Part shown: positions 9,244 to 21,881 of the stretch, piece after piece
Numbering within the stretch: the first letter of the stretch is position 1
Layout: the number at the start of each line of letters is the position of its first letter
Assembly: GCA_043818055.1 (NCBI GenBank)
Contig: JBDRGF010000099.1
Coordinates: forward strand, 1 to 51,695
DNA length: 51,695 nt
DNA from: Pseudomonadota bacterium
Lineage (GTDB): Bacteria > UBA10199 > 2-02-FULL-44-16 > JBDRGF01
Reading direction: 5' to 3'
Notes under the pieces: generated by a model
The model's input: only the letters and a program-made list of their open reading frames with translations
Told to the model about the DNA's origin: nothing
The model's database searches: none
Made by a program: the position numbers and the translations under genes

Positions 9244-10828
9244 GCGCACAGGCCAACTTTACATTGCGCGGACGCAACCCGGACGTGCTGACTTGTATCG
9301 CGAACCTCTCCAACGACGAAGTGTTCACACATCCCGAGTTCGCGAACAGGATGCTCGACACGTTGGCCGAAGCGTGGGCCGCCAACAATGGCGGCGCGAA
9401 CATTTGGGCCGACAAGACTGTGAAGTTCCTGGACCCCTTCACGAAAACCGGCGTGTTTCTGCGCGAGATCACCAGTCGCCTCACCAAGGGGTTGGAGAAA
9501 GAAATTCCTCACCTTCAGAAGCGCGTGAACCACATCCTGACGAAGCAGGTTTTCGGCATCGGTATCACACAAATCACGAGCCTACTGACGCGCCGGAGCG
9601 TATATTGTTCAAAACACGCCACCGGCGAGCACTCCATCGCCAAATCCTTCACCAGCGACGACGGGAATATCTGGTTCCAACGCACGGAGCACACGTGGGG
9701 TGACACCAAGTGTGAGTTCTGTGGTGCGCCAAAAGCGATCTTGGACCGTGAGGTAGAACTTGAGAACTACGCTTATGCGTTCATTCACACCGACAACATC
9801 AAGACTCGGCTTGCCGAGATATTTGGAGGCAACATGCAATTCGACGTTATTATTGGTAATCCACCGTATCAAATGAAGGGCGGCGCGGGTGGTTCAAGCG
9901 ATTCATCCATCTACCATCTCTTCGTTGAGCAAGCAAAAAATCTTGAGCCACGGTTTTTGTCGATGGTGGTCCCATCCCGTTGGCTTGCGGGCGGACGCGG
10001 GCTTGATGAGTTCCGTAAGGAGATGCTCAGTTCAAGTAAGCTCCTCCGGTTGGTTGATTTCCCAGTCTCAAAAGAAGTCTTTCCGGGTGTTGAGGTCAAG
10101 GGTGGTATCTGTTACTTCCTCTGGTCTGCCGCCCATAACGGCCCATGCGATGTCACGGTAGTTCGTGGTGATGAGGAGACTTCGGCGTCACGGCAACTCA
10201 GCGAGTTTGACGTATTCGTCCGCGACCCGAGAGCCGTCGGCATTTTACGAAAGGTGTTGAAGGCTGGCGAGACATCCATTACCGAAATCCTGACTGCTGA
10301 CACTCCATTCGGCATCGCGACTAACTTCGACGGATTTCATGATAAAAAGAAGCCCGGTGACGTAGCTCTGTACTACGTTCGTAGTGGCAAGCGCGACATT
10401 GGCTTTGTTCCGCGAAATACAATCGCCAAGAACGCTGCCCTCATTGATAAATGGAAAGTGCTTGTTCCGGAAGCTGGTTCAGATGGTGGGCAGAAAATTC
10501 CAGACTCTGTTCTTGGTAAGCCTTGGTTGAGTCCGCCTCCATCTGTTTCTACTCAGTCGTTTCTCGCTTTTTGGGTTGCGAGTAAGGACGAAGCGCAAAG
10601 CGCAAAGCCTTGAGTCCTATTGCCGCACCAAGTTCTTCCGGCACCTAGTTTCGTTACGCAAACTCACTCAACACGCACTTCGATCGACGTATTCATGGGT
10701 TCCAGTTCAATCGTGGAATCGACAGTGGACAGATAAAGCTCTCTATAAAAAATACAGGCTTACAGTAGAGGAGATTGACTACGTCGAAGCAGTCATTCGC
10801 CCGATGGACCTAACCGAGGATTCTGAAG

Positions 10829-10836
<8 letters not shown>
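9240..10836 (+). pseudogene. Eco57I-like adenine methyltransferase with target-recognition region, frameshifted
   Basis: DEVFT, FLDPFTKTGVFL, FDVIIGNPPY. An extra AAGCGCA at 10591-10608 splits the gene into 9240..10613 and a tail ending at 10836. Confidence 0.85.
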
Positions 10837-13396
<2,560 letters not shown>

Positions 13397-13481
13397 CAAA
13401 ATTATTAAGGATACACTTACTGCCTTTTATGCGCCTGACCAAAGAAAAAATTGAAATTGTGGAGAGGGCTGGTGGATAAGA

Positions 13482-13928
13482 ATGTACTTTTGCCCTATCA
13501 TCAATGGCATTACCGACTTTTTTCGTTCGGTTACGCCAAACCCAAGTTTCTTGTCTGATGTTGCTGCATTCGAAGCAGCCATCATTGCTTTATTAATCCC
13601 TTTGAGTATTGAAATCGTTTCGAAGATATCAGAACGCTACAATTCAGATGCCATAACGCGCGCATTTGAGAATGGTTGGGGCAATAAAATCCTCCCACCA
13701 TTTCTTCTTATTAACATTGTGGCCGCAGTTTTTTTACGTTTTGTTGTTTCTGATCAGGTATCAAACGATTCAATTATCTGGAAAATATGTGCCTGGATTG
13801 TACTGTTGATATTTATAATCATTGCCGTAGCAATCTGGCGCGTGATTATGCGTATCAAAATGTTTGTGGGTGATCCAAAAGCAGTGATTGACCAATTATA
13901 TAAAGACGTAGAGGTCTCCCTTGAGTAA
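13482..13928 (+). CDS. Small membrane protein (about 3 TM helices), DUF2254-like N-terminal module
   Basis: Three hydrophobic stretches and IVSKISERY. Overlaps the start of the next gene. Confidence 0.7.
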   Translation: MYFCPIINGITDFFRSVTPNPSFLSDVAAFEAAIIALLIPLSIEIVSKISERYNSDAITRAFENGWGNKILPPFLLINIVAAVFLRFVVSDQVSNDSIIWKICAWIVLLIFIIIAVAIWRVIMRIKMFVGDPKAVIDQLYKDVEVSLE

Positions 13929-16266
13929 ACAAACTGCAAAAACACAACGCATGTTTATAGAGTCCCTGGAAGGCATAGGAGATATACTTGTCTATGAAAC
14001 GAAGAGACAGAAAAACAAACTCGTTTTAGAAGGATTGGGGAAAATAAAAAGCGCTATTGAAGGTATACTTGAATTACAAGCAAAGGAGCCTCAGAAATTT
14101 GAGGCGTTGATAGCGAGTCCAGAATTTCGCAAACTCCACAAGACTGATGAAAAAGAGGCACAGCTTCGCCTTGTTTTTAATGCCGACGATTACATGGTTG
14201 GTTTTTCTACCCCAATAAACCAAATCATCCGAATTTATGAGACTGCCGTCGATTCGCAAAATGAAACGGTAAGTCGAGAAGCAGCGTATCAACTCAACAG
14301 GATCCTTTCTCTGCTCTCAAAAAAACCAAAGAATGGACTCTTTGTTGAGCAGATTCTTCAGAAAATCGCCAAAATTCTACGCATTGCTCTTAAGCGTGGT
14401 GACGTATCAATGTTTTCAGCATCGATTAATTGGTATATCAGAACCGTCTTTGATAAGGAATTTGACCTTTCATACCTTGAACTATTTGATAAGTATTTTT
14501 TCTCGACCATTCGCTATATTGTAGTAGAGGAGCATACAACCCTATTTGAAGCTCTAATTTCAGCATTGGTTGAGCAGATCCATGTTCCATTTTATGACCG
14601 GAAAGAAATTTGGAACTATGGCCAGCTTATCCGTGGTAGCGATCTTTCTGAATATAAAAGATTAAACGATGAATTAAAGATTAATGATCGAGTCAAGGTA
14701 CTGGAAAATACTACAAGTGATCTAGATTCAAAAGATAAATTAGATTCATGGTTCCAGAATTTTAAAAGCCTTAAGAAGGCCCTAACTCCGCACATCCCCA
14801 AAAATCAAAGTGATAAAGCCCACGAGCTTGAAGGAAAAATAGAGGATTATGCTATTGCTCAATTCAAATACCTAAATTTATTGGAGATTGTTTTCGCCAT
14901 AGGCGCGTATTGTATTTTCAAGAAAAGATATTCTTACATCAAATACCTTTGGGAATACAAACAGCCGGAGGATACCGATACTGTTTGGGTGGGACATGAT
15001 ATCGTACCTACTTCACTTGATGAGGTGGTCACCTTTTATTTCAAAAAAGAGTTATTTGATCGTGCCTTCGATTTCTGGGAAGGTCACCATGGAAGCGAGA
15101 AGTACTACAAACAGTATTTCCTTTTGCTATTGGCACGTTTACTAAAAAACATGCCACCCGATAACGAAGGCAATTATCCTCAGGTGAAAGACTACCGTTT
15201 GCCTGACCTTCATGTTTATAGGTTGAGTGATTTAATACATTCCACAGACGAGCTGAAGACACTCGCGGCTGAACTCAGCAAAAAAACAGCCTTCCTTGAG
15301 GAGGTTGATTTGGTTGCCAATGATTGTGATCTGTTTAAGGAAAAGGTGATTTCGCTTTTAGAAAGGCTTAGGCAGGAAGCCAATGAACAGATTGTTGCAA
15401 AGCAGAAATCGCAGACAATTAACTCGAAAAAGGTAGAGGAATTTAAAAGCGATGTTGTGAAGGCATTTTATAAGTCAGCAACCATTCGAGAGATCTTTAT
15501 TAATTATTTTCACTGCTACGAAGATTTGCATGATAAAAAAGTCGCCGCGAAGATGGATCGATTTGGTTTTGATACGGTGACACCTCAAAAAGCGGCTTTT
15601 TTTGAAGAATGGTATATTAACTATCTTGGTTTTGGCGAAGGATCTGGTAGAAATCTGGCTCACGGTGAAAATTCCTGCTTGTTAAAAACAATAACAGAGA
15701 AATCTCAGGATGTTTCTAATCGGCGAATGGAAGAAATATTTGGTCAATTTGAGAATCCAGAAGATATTGTTATTTTCTCAACGAACATTGGCATCTGGCA
15801 ATATTTTGAGAAATCACCAAATTTTAAATCAAAATGGCATGGTGTTGAGCAGCTTAATCTAGAAGGCTTTGAGGGATGGTATGAGTTTAAAGGAGTACAA
15901 ATCCCCATATTTAAAATTTATAAGAATGATGCTGATCATCAAATCCTCATCATAAATAAATCTAAATTTGGCAAATTAGTACAACTCTCCCCTTTGAACG
16001 AGGGAGATGATGCCAAATTGATGAATGATATTTTTTATATGAATGTGCAGGCATTTTCTGAAAATAAGGATTTAATGGATGACATTCTTAAAAAACCACC
16101 GGATTGGTTAAAGAATATAGGAGATGAGCAAAAGCAGCGAGAGCATCTTACGGCATGCGTTCGAATTTCTGTGTTTGAGCGTTTTGAATATAAGACAGAT
16201 GAAGATTTTCAGGGGTATAAGCTTTCACTTCATGACGAGGAAGAGAAAGAGATGGGTACCCGATGA
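13921..16266 (+). CDS. 781-aa hypothetical protein with a helical N-terminus and a putative HK97-fold C-terminal domain
   Basis: Long ORF coupled to both neighbours. The fold call is pattern-based inference (see findings). Confidence 0.75.
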   Translation: MSKQTAKTQRMFIESLEGIGDILVYETKRQKNKLVLEGLGKIKSAIEGILELQAKEPQKFEALIASPEFRKLHKTDEKEAQLRLVFNADDYMVGFSTPINQIIRIYETAVDSQNETVSREAAYQLNRILSLLSKKPKNGLFVEQILQKIAKILRIALKRGDVSMFSASINWYIRTVFDKEFDLSYLELFDKYFFSTIRYIVVEEHTTLFEALISALVEQIHVPFYDRKEIWNYGQLIRGSDLSEYKRLNDELKINDRVKVLENTTSDLDSKDKLDSWFQNFKSLKKALTPHIPKNQSDKAHELEGKIEDYAIAQFKYLNLLEIVFAIGAYCIFKKRYSYIKYLWEYKQPEDTDTVWVGHDIVPTSLDEVVTFYFKKELFDRAFDFWEGHHGSEKYYKQYFLLLLARLLKNMPPDNEGNYPQVKDYRLPDLHVYRLSDLIHSTDELKTLAAELSKKTAFLEEVDLVANDCDLFKEKVISLLERLRQEANEQIVAKQKSQTINSKKVEEFKSDVVKAFYKSATIREIFINYFHCYEDLHDKKVAAKMDRFGFDTVTPQKAAFFEEWYINYLGFGEGSGRNLAHGENSCLLKTITEKSQDVSNRRMEEIFGQFENPEDIVIFSTNIGIWQYFEKSPNFKSKWHGVEQLNLEGFEGWYEFKGVQIPIFKIYKNDADHQILIINKSKFGKLVQLSPLNEGDDAKLMNDIFYMNVQAFSENKDLMDDILKKPPDWLKNIGDEQKQREHLTACVRISVFERFEYKTDEDFQGYKLSLHDEEEKEMGTR

Positions 16267-17081
16267 TCGTGGTCGAGGCTAAAGAAAATGATACGTATCT
16301 TGTAACAGTGGGAATGAAGTCGCCAATCGTTTATTTGGACCATTGGGCGGTGGCTAAAATCGCTTCGAATTTTGGTTGGCGAAAAAGGTTTGTTGAGGCA
16401 CTCCATAAAAATGAAGGGACGTTATTATTCTCATCTTTAAATATCATTGAGCTGGGCCGCCATATCAATGCTCAACCTAATGTAAAGATGCTCCTTGATG
16501 GCGTGGGAACAAGCTGGTGTTTCATTGATGTTAATGCACCGGCAGTTATTGAGAGAGAAGGAAAGTGGGCGTCCGGACAAATGCCATCGTGTTTTAATGA
16601 AACAGGATTGAAATCTTATTATCCCTATATTCATGATGAGCCACTAACACTCAGTAAAATTGTCGAACTTGTTACAGGTCAGAAAGATCATTACGACAAT
16701 ATTTATTTACGGCTTGACGAAAATGTAGATCAAATGGCGCATGTCCAAGAGGCGATTAAACGAAAAGATCCAAAAATCAACCAGAATGCCTACAAACCGG
16801 GCGGCTATAATCCACAGCAGCCAACAAAGTACGTATATTACTCATTAATGCGCGGCATCTTATGGAGCACATTAAAGTTAACAAGAAACCATATCGCCGA
16901 TCTTCAGCATGCAACGGCAGCGCTGGCTTATGCGGATTTTATTCTACTTGATGGGCACTGGCATCAACAGGCGTTGGATTTACTGAAAGAGCTACCGAAT
17001 CTTGAAAATAGGATATTCAGAGATAGCCCCAGCGAAATGGAAAGATTTTTGCGAACTTTTGAGGATGCTAAATTGAGCTAA
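16263..17081 (+). CDS. PIN-like domain protein (candidate RNase effector)
   Basis: VYLDHWA, IIEL and ADLQHATAALAYADFILLD give a PIN-type acidic residue pattern. Confidence 0.6.
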   Translation: MIVVEAKENDTYLVTVGMKSPIVYLDHWAVAKIASNFGWRKRFVEALHKNEGTLLFSSLNIIELGRHINAQPNVKMLLDGVGTSWCFIDVNAPAVIEREGKWASGQMPSCFNETGLKSYYPYIHDEPLTLSKIVELVTGQKDHYDNIYLRLDENVDQMAHVQEAIKRKDPKINQNAYKPGGYNPQQPTKYVYYSLMRGILWSTLKLTRNHIADLQHATAALAYADFILLDGHWHQQALDLLKELPNLENRIFRDSPSEMERFLRTFEDAKLS

Positions 17082-17087
17082 AGATAT

Positions 17088-17597
17088 ATGCTTCATCTCC
17101 AATGCACAAAAAAGGTTCTTAAGATTGTCGGAGAGACTAAGGGAGGACCTATTCCCCTTAAGCCGACATTGTTATCATGGCACGTGAACGAGTTTAGAGT
17201 GGACAGACGAAAGCTTTTACTCTTTACCAACGACCTGACCTATTATTCCGTATTCTGGTACCCAGCGACCAAACCGCATATTCTGAACATGAAAAATGTG
17301 TTGGCATCCGAGCTCATGCAGTCACTGATGGATGCCGGTTTTACACCAGATCAGGTCAAAGGTTACTTCACTGGCTTTGATCATGTCATTTTCACACCAA
17401 CCAGCTCGCGGCAAGTTTTGGGTGTCATGAATGACCTCAAGCAACAACTCATGTTTTTGATGTCAGATTATTATGAGCCACCGCTCTCTTTTAAGGAAAT
17501 CACAAAGAGACTGAACAATACACCGTATCGCATTCCTGGGCACGAGACGTGTTTTCCAGTCGAAGCCTTCGCGGAGAGGCTAAATATGGTGTGTTGA
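17088..17597 (+). CDS. DUF6933-like protein
   Basis: LQCTKKVL, LLSWHVN, RRKLLLFTNDLTYYSV, TSSRQVLGVMND, LNNTP. Confidence 0.7.
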   Translation: MLHLQCTKKVLKIVGETKGGPIPLKPTLLSWHVNEFRVDRRKLLLFTNDLTYYSVFWYPATKPHILNMKNVLASELMQSLMDAGFTPDQVKGYFTGFDHVIFTPTSSRQVLGVMNDLKQQLMFLMSDYYEPPLSFKEITKRLNNTPYRIPGHETCFPVEAFAERLNMVC

Positions 17598-17891
17598 TGG
17601 GTTGGAGGCAAAGGACCACCCCCATCATCGTTTAAAGGTGGCGGATTCAAGACCTTTGAAAATATATAGTGAGAGCCGGGGTGGGGTAACGGTAATTTCA
17701 AAGTCGTGAAAAAGGGCCATTTTCGTGAAAATTTGGCCCTGTGTGGCGATATTATCAATCAATGGCCATTATGGGCCAATAGGTTCCGCCTAAAGGCGGA
17801 CGTGGCCGCTTCACGGCCTCGTTTTAACAAAAATAAGAGGTTAAGCAGCTAATTGAGGGATGAAAATCGGGAATTGTGCTTGCTGAATCTT

Positions 17892-18100
17892 GGTTCTAAC
17901 GTCGTCCACGATGGCCCGCAAAACAAAAAGGCTCCACGAAAGTGGGGCCATTTTGTTTTGCGGATGAGGTGGGTATGATGAGAACCCTTTTGGGTTCGCA
18001 AACGCAGTTGGCATGAGCTGAAAGCGAATGCCAACAATATTATCTCATACATCCCGTTAACGAGTCCGCCGGAGGCGGATGAGTAATCCCTGCCTCTCCG
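17892..18100. repeat. tRNA-linked repeat unit / attR-like end
   Basis: Hairpin at 17916-17963, GATGAGAAC at 17977-17985 (also at 7009-7017), TCCGCC-GGA-GGCGGA palindrome at 18065-18079, and the tRNA 3' copy at 18085-18100. Confidence 0.7.
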
Positions 18101-18160
18101 TAGCGTTTATGGAATAGACGCTACGATTACGGATGCCCGTAGGGCCGACCAACCTTGTAT

Positions 18161-18619
18161 TTAATCACCAGAACACTTTCCCGAAATCGAGTCGATTTTG
18201 ACCTTTATTATTGCCACTTTTTCGACGGCTTGAATTGGAAACTGAAACTCTTTGTCGGTGTAATGCTGCATGATGAACTTTAGCGCCTTCATTTTCTCCT
18301 GCGAGTCTTCTACGAAGCTTGCCTCGCCAAATGCGATTGAACTTTTATACTTCATGCTCCACGCACAAGGGGAGGGCGACTCGACAAGCTCACAGCTCGT
18401 ATCAAATTCAACGCACACTGAATTGTTCTTCTTCAAAATATCGATCTTCTTTCCCTCTTGAGCTGAATGAAGATAGATGTTTTGGCCATCGTATCCAAAG
18501 CACATGGGAACCACATACGGTTTGCCATCATCCGAAAGCGCTAAGTGGCAGATTTTGGTCTCTTTGATGATCGAATCGATGCTACTTCTATCGGTAATCT
18601 CTTTATCTTTTCTTCTCAT
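18161..18619 (-). CDS. Pyridoxamine 5'-phosphate oxidase family / NimA-like flavin-binding protein
   Basis: MRRKDKEI, PYVVPMCFGYD, YLHSAQEGKKIDIL, ISGK. Confidence 0.9.
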   Translation of the reverse strand: MRRKDKEITDRSSIDSIIKETKICHLALSDDGKPYVVPMCFGYDGQNIYLHSAQEGKKIDILKKNNSVCVEFDTSCELVESPSPCAWSMKYKSSIAFGEASFVEDSQEKMKALKFIMQHYTDKEFQFPIQAVEKVAIIKVKIDSISGKCSGD

Positions 18620-18694
18620 CTGTTTCCGATTGAATAAGTTGGCCGATTCAGTTATTTCTAAAATCACAGAAATCTTCTTCTGAATTTACTGTCA

Positions 18695-19849
18695 TCAGGT
18701 TTTCTTCCTGATCCACTCCTGAAAGAAGGGATCGGAAAAAACATATCCGCTGGCTCGCAGATGGATGATAGAGCCCCTTGTCTGTCGGGAGATTTTTTGT
18801 AATCTGCGGGTGATTGTGGTCGCATTCATCCTAAGAGGACTACAGAATTCGGAACTTGAAACTGCCAGGTCTCTCTGTTCAGCAAGGCGTTTTAGTATAA
18901 GATGGTCTTTGGGGTCGCCGATTGCCTGCCATAATTGGAGATATAACTGGTCTCTGTTCTCAATTTCCTGATCTATCACATCTGCAATGGTTTTATCTTT
19001 TACAATATGAGCATTGAGAGGAAGGAAATTCCATAAGCATGAGCAAAGATGCTGGATATTTGCAGGGATGTCATTCCCCCAGTTATAAATAATTTCACAA
19101 ATTTCTTCAGGAATAGAAACATTTCTTGTCTTGAAATTATCCTGAATGAATATTGTAAAATCATCTCTGGATATCAAATCGACGTGAAACTTCATCGATG
19201 AGTTAAAAAATTTTTCATTTGGAGATGAAAAAAGCTGATCCAGAATTTTTGTCTCGCTTCCCATGAAGACATAACTGATCCGATCGTGCAATTGTAGTTC
19301 TGATCTCATTTCAGATATCATGTTTATATTTTCTATTTCCTGCGCTGCCTGAAACTCATCAAAACAGACTATAAACCTTTCGTTTCTTTGTTTTGCCAGA
19401 ACTTGTGGGAGACTCAGAACTTCCTGGACAGTTTTAGGTGTAATTTTATTAATCCCATCCCAATTTATTGATGCTGTCGGTGAACCGCTTTCATCGATAT
19501 CTATATTAAGTTTCAGACTCTTCAATCCTGTTTTAATCGTTTGAAGTATTTTTTTTGAAAAAGGAATTTTTTTTGTAAAAAGAGATGTATATCTCTCAAT
19601 AAAACTTTGGGGTGATGTTATAGGGTCGAAATTAAAATAAAATGTCGACACCCCTTTTTTCTCAAGCCGATTGAGGCAATGAATCAAGAGTGACGTTTTT
19701 CCGATCCTCCGGTCCCCTGTTACCAATATGTTGTTTTTACCAGAGAGCAGATTCAAAAGCCTTTTTCGTTCCTCAACGCGATCGAAGAAGTCTTCACCCT
19801 GGACAACTTTTCCATAGACAAACGGGTTTTGAAATATCTTTTCCTTCAT
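18695..19849 (-). CDS. AAA-family (archaeal-type) ATPase with C-terminal HTH
   Basis: NPFVYG, GDRRIGKTS Walker A, FDEFQ Walker B, DPFFQEW. Confidence 0.88.
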   Translation of the reverse strand: MKEKIFQNPFVYGKVVQGEDFFDRVEERKRLLNLLSGKNNILVTGDRRIGKTSLLIHCLNRLEKKGVSTFYFNFDPITSPQSFIERYTSLFTKKIPFSKKILQTIKTGLKSLKLNIDIDESGSPTASINWDGINKITPKTVQEVLSLPQVLAKQRNERFIVCFDEFQAAQEIENINMISEMRSELQLHDRISYVFMGSETKILDQLFSSPNEKFFNSSMKFHVDLISRDDFTIFIQDNFKTRNVSIPEEICEIIYNWGNDIPANIQHLCSCLWNFLPLNAHIVKDKTIADVIDQEIENRDQLYLQLWQAIGDPKDHLILKRLAEQRDLAVSSSEFCSPLRMNATTITRRLQKISRQTRGSIIHLRASGYVFSDPFFQEWIRKKT

Positions 19850-19865
19850 AGGGAGAAGCTAGCAA

Positions 19866-19914
19866 ATCATGCAAAAAATGCAATGCAAAATATGCATTGC
19901 ATTTTTTGCATGAT
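19866..19914. promoter_or_regulatory. Perfect 22-bp inverted repeat, likely operator
   Basis: ATCATGCAAAAAATGCAATGCA-N5-TGCATTGCATTTTTTGCATGAT, just upstream of the ATPase RBS. Confidence 0.6.
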
Positions 19915-19986
19915 ACATTCTATCCCACACTTGCTTTTGTAGGCAATCGATGATTTATAAGAAATTCCCATTGGAAAAGAGGAAAT

Positions 19987-21789
19987 ATGATTTTGCAGGC
20001 TAAAGAGGTTTTGAGGCGGTATTGGGGATATGATGAATTTTTGCCTTTGCAAAGGGAGGCGATAGAGTCGGTCTGCGCTTCTAAGGATTCCATCGTCGTG
20101 CTTCCGACAGGCGGGGGAAAATCGATCTGTTTTCAGGTGCCCGCTATCATCATGCCGGGGCTTGCCCTTGTGATCTCCCCATTGATATCTTTGATGAAGG
20201 ATCAGATCGATGGACTTGTCGAGTGCGGTGTTGCGGCTGCTCGTCTCGATAGCACATTATCGGCCGCAGAACGAAGTCAGGTCTTTAAACAGATTAACAG
20301 CGGAAAATTAAAACTCCTCTATGTCTCACCGGAGAGAATCGTCCTGGATAGTTTTGTCGATTTTTTGAGCTCAATTCGCATTTCATTTGTCGCAGTCGAT
20401 GAGGCCCACTGTGTGAGCATGTGGGGACACGATTTCAGGCCGGAGTATCGGCAGATAGGGATGTTAAAATCGAGATTTCCTGACCTCCCGTTCCACGCTT
20501 ATACCGCAACAGCGACTCAGATGGTCAGGGACGATATCGCCAAACAGCTGAGGCTCAACGATCCAAAGCTTCTCATAGGCTCGTTCGACCGTCCCAATCT
20601 TGTCTATAAAGCGCAAAGCAGAACAAACAGGCAAAAACAGATTTGCGAAGTGCTGGACCGGCATAAGGGGGAGAGCGGAATCATATACTGCATCAAACGC
20701 TCTGACGTGGATAGCGTGTGCAGCAAGTTGAAGGAGAGGGGCTATTCCGTGCTGCCATATCATGCAGGCATGCAACCTAAGGAAAGAAAGCGAAATCAGG
20801 ATGCCTTTATCAATGAGAAGTGCGAGACGATAATTGCGACCGTTGCCTTCGGCATGGGGATAGACAAATCCAATGTCAGATATGTGATTCATACAGGGAT
20901 GCCAAAATCATTGGAACATTATCAGCAGGAGAGCGGGCGCGCCGGTCGTGATGGATTGGAGGCGGAATGCATTCTGTTCTATTCCGGCGGCGACTTCGGA
21001 ATTTGGAAAAGCATCATGAGAGACATGGAGCCGAAGGTTCAGGAAGTTGCCATAAACAAGTTGAGCGATATGTACAATTTCTGTACCGGCATAACCTGTC
21101 GCCACAAGAGAATACTCGCCTACTTTGGTCAGGAGCTAAAAAAGGTAAGCTGTGAGGCATGCGATATCTGTTTTGGCGACATCGACCTTGTGGAGAATCC
21201 CCTTCCGGAAGCGCAGAAGATATTGTCTTGCATCGTTCGTTTGAAAGAGAGGTTTGGTGGTGATTATACGGCATCAGTGCTGTTGGGATCCCGCGAGACG
21301 AGGATAATCAACAACGAACATCACTTGCTGAGCACACATGGACTCATGTCGCATCAGACGAAGCATGCCGTTCGCGATTGGATAGAACAGCTGGTGGCGC
21401 AGGGATACATCGAGAGGAACGACGAATATAAAACTTTAAGCGTGACAAAGAGTGGATGGCTGGTGCTGAAAGGGCAAGAGACTCCGCGGCTTTTAAAGCC
21501 GGCTAAGAGAGCCTCTGAAGTTAAGAAGATTTCGAAGGTCGCGAGGGATTCATGGGATGGCGTCGATGAACGCTTGTTCGAAAAGTTGCGCGAGGTGCGG
21601 AGAGGGCTTGCGAATAAAAAAGCGATCCCGGCATATCTCGTATTCAGCGACGCAGCACTCCGCGACATGGCAAGGCGAAAACCGACGACTGAAAGTGAGA
21701 TGCTCGATGTGAACGGCGTGGGTGAAGCAAAGCTCAAACAATATGGAAAGGTTTTTTTGGCCGTGATCGAAAATTTTGCGCGACACTAA
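19987..21789 (+). CDS. recQ: ATP-dependent DNA helicase RecQ
   Basis: PTGGGKS, VDEAHCVSMWGHDFRPEY, QESGRAGRDG, Zn-binding CRH..CEACDIC, RQC and HRDC domains. Confidence 0.97.
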   Translation: MILQAKEVLRRYWGYDEFLPLQREAIESVCASKDSIVVLPTGGGKSICFQVPAIIMPGLALVISPLISLMKDQIDGLVECGVAAARLDSTLSAAERSQVFKQINSGKLKLLYVSPERIVLDSFVDFLSSIRISFVAVDEAHCVSMWGHDFRPEYRQIGMLKSRFPDLPFHAYTATATQMVRDDIAKQLRLNDPKLLIGSFDRPNLVYKAQSRTNRQKQICEVLDRHKGESGIIYCIKRSDVDSVCSKLKERGYSVLPYHAGMQPKERKRNQDAFINEKCETIIATVAFGMGIDKSNVRYVIHTGMPKSLEHYQQESGRAGRDGLEAECILFYSGGDFGIWKSIMRDMEPKVQEVAINKLSDMYNFCTGITCRHKRILAYFGQELKKVSCEACDICFGDIDLVENPLPEAQKILSCIVRLKERFGGDYTASVLLGSRETRIINNEHHLLSTHGLMSHQTKHAVRDWIEQLVAQGYIERNDEYKTLSVTKSGWLVLKGQETPRLLKPAKRASEVKKISKVARDSWDGVDERLFEKLREVRRGLANKKAIPAYLVFSDAALRDMARRKPTTESEMLDVNGVGEAKLKQYGKVFLAVIENFARH

Positions 21790-21881
21790 CCAGTTTTGCA
21801 AATGGATACAAAATATTTTTCCTGTTTCACTTTGCATAATTGTTGAAATTCGTTTATTTAAACAAAAAAAGGGGGAATTAT

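Noticed and set aside
17785..17800. TCCGCC-TAAA-GGCGGA hairpin as an ncRNA
   Set aside because: Too short. It matches the small palindrome at 18065-18079 and is better treated as a minor dispersed repeat.
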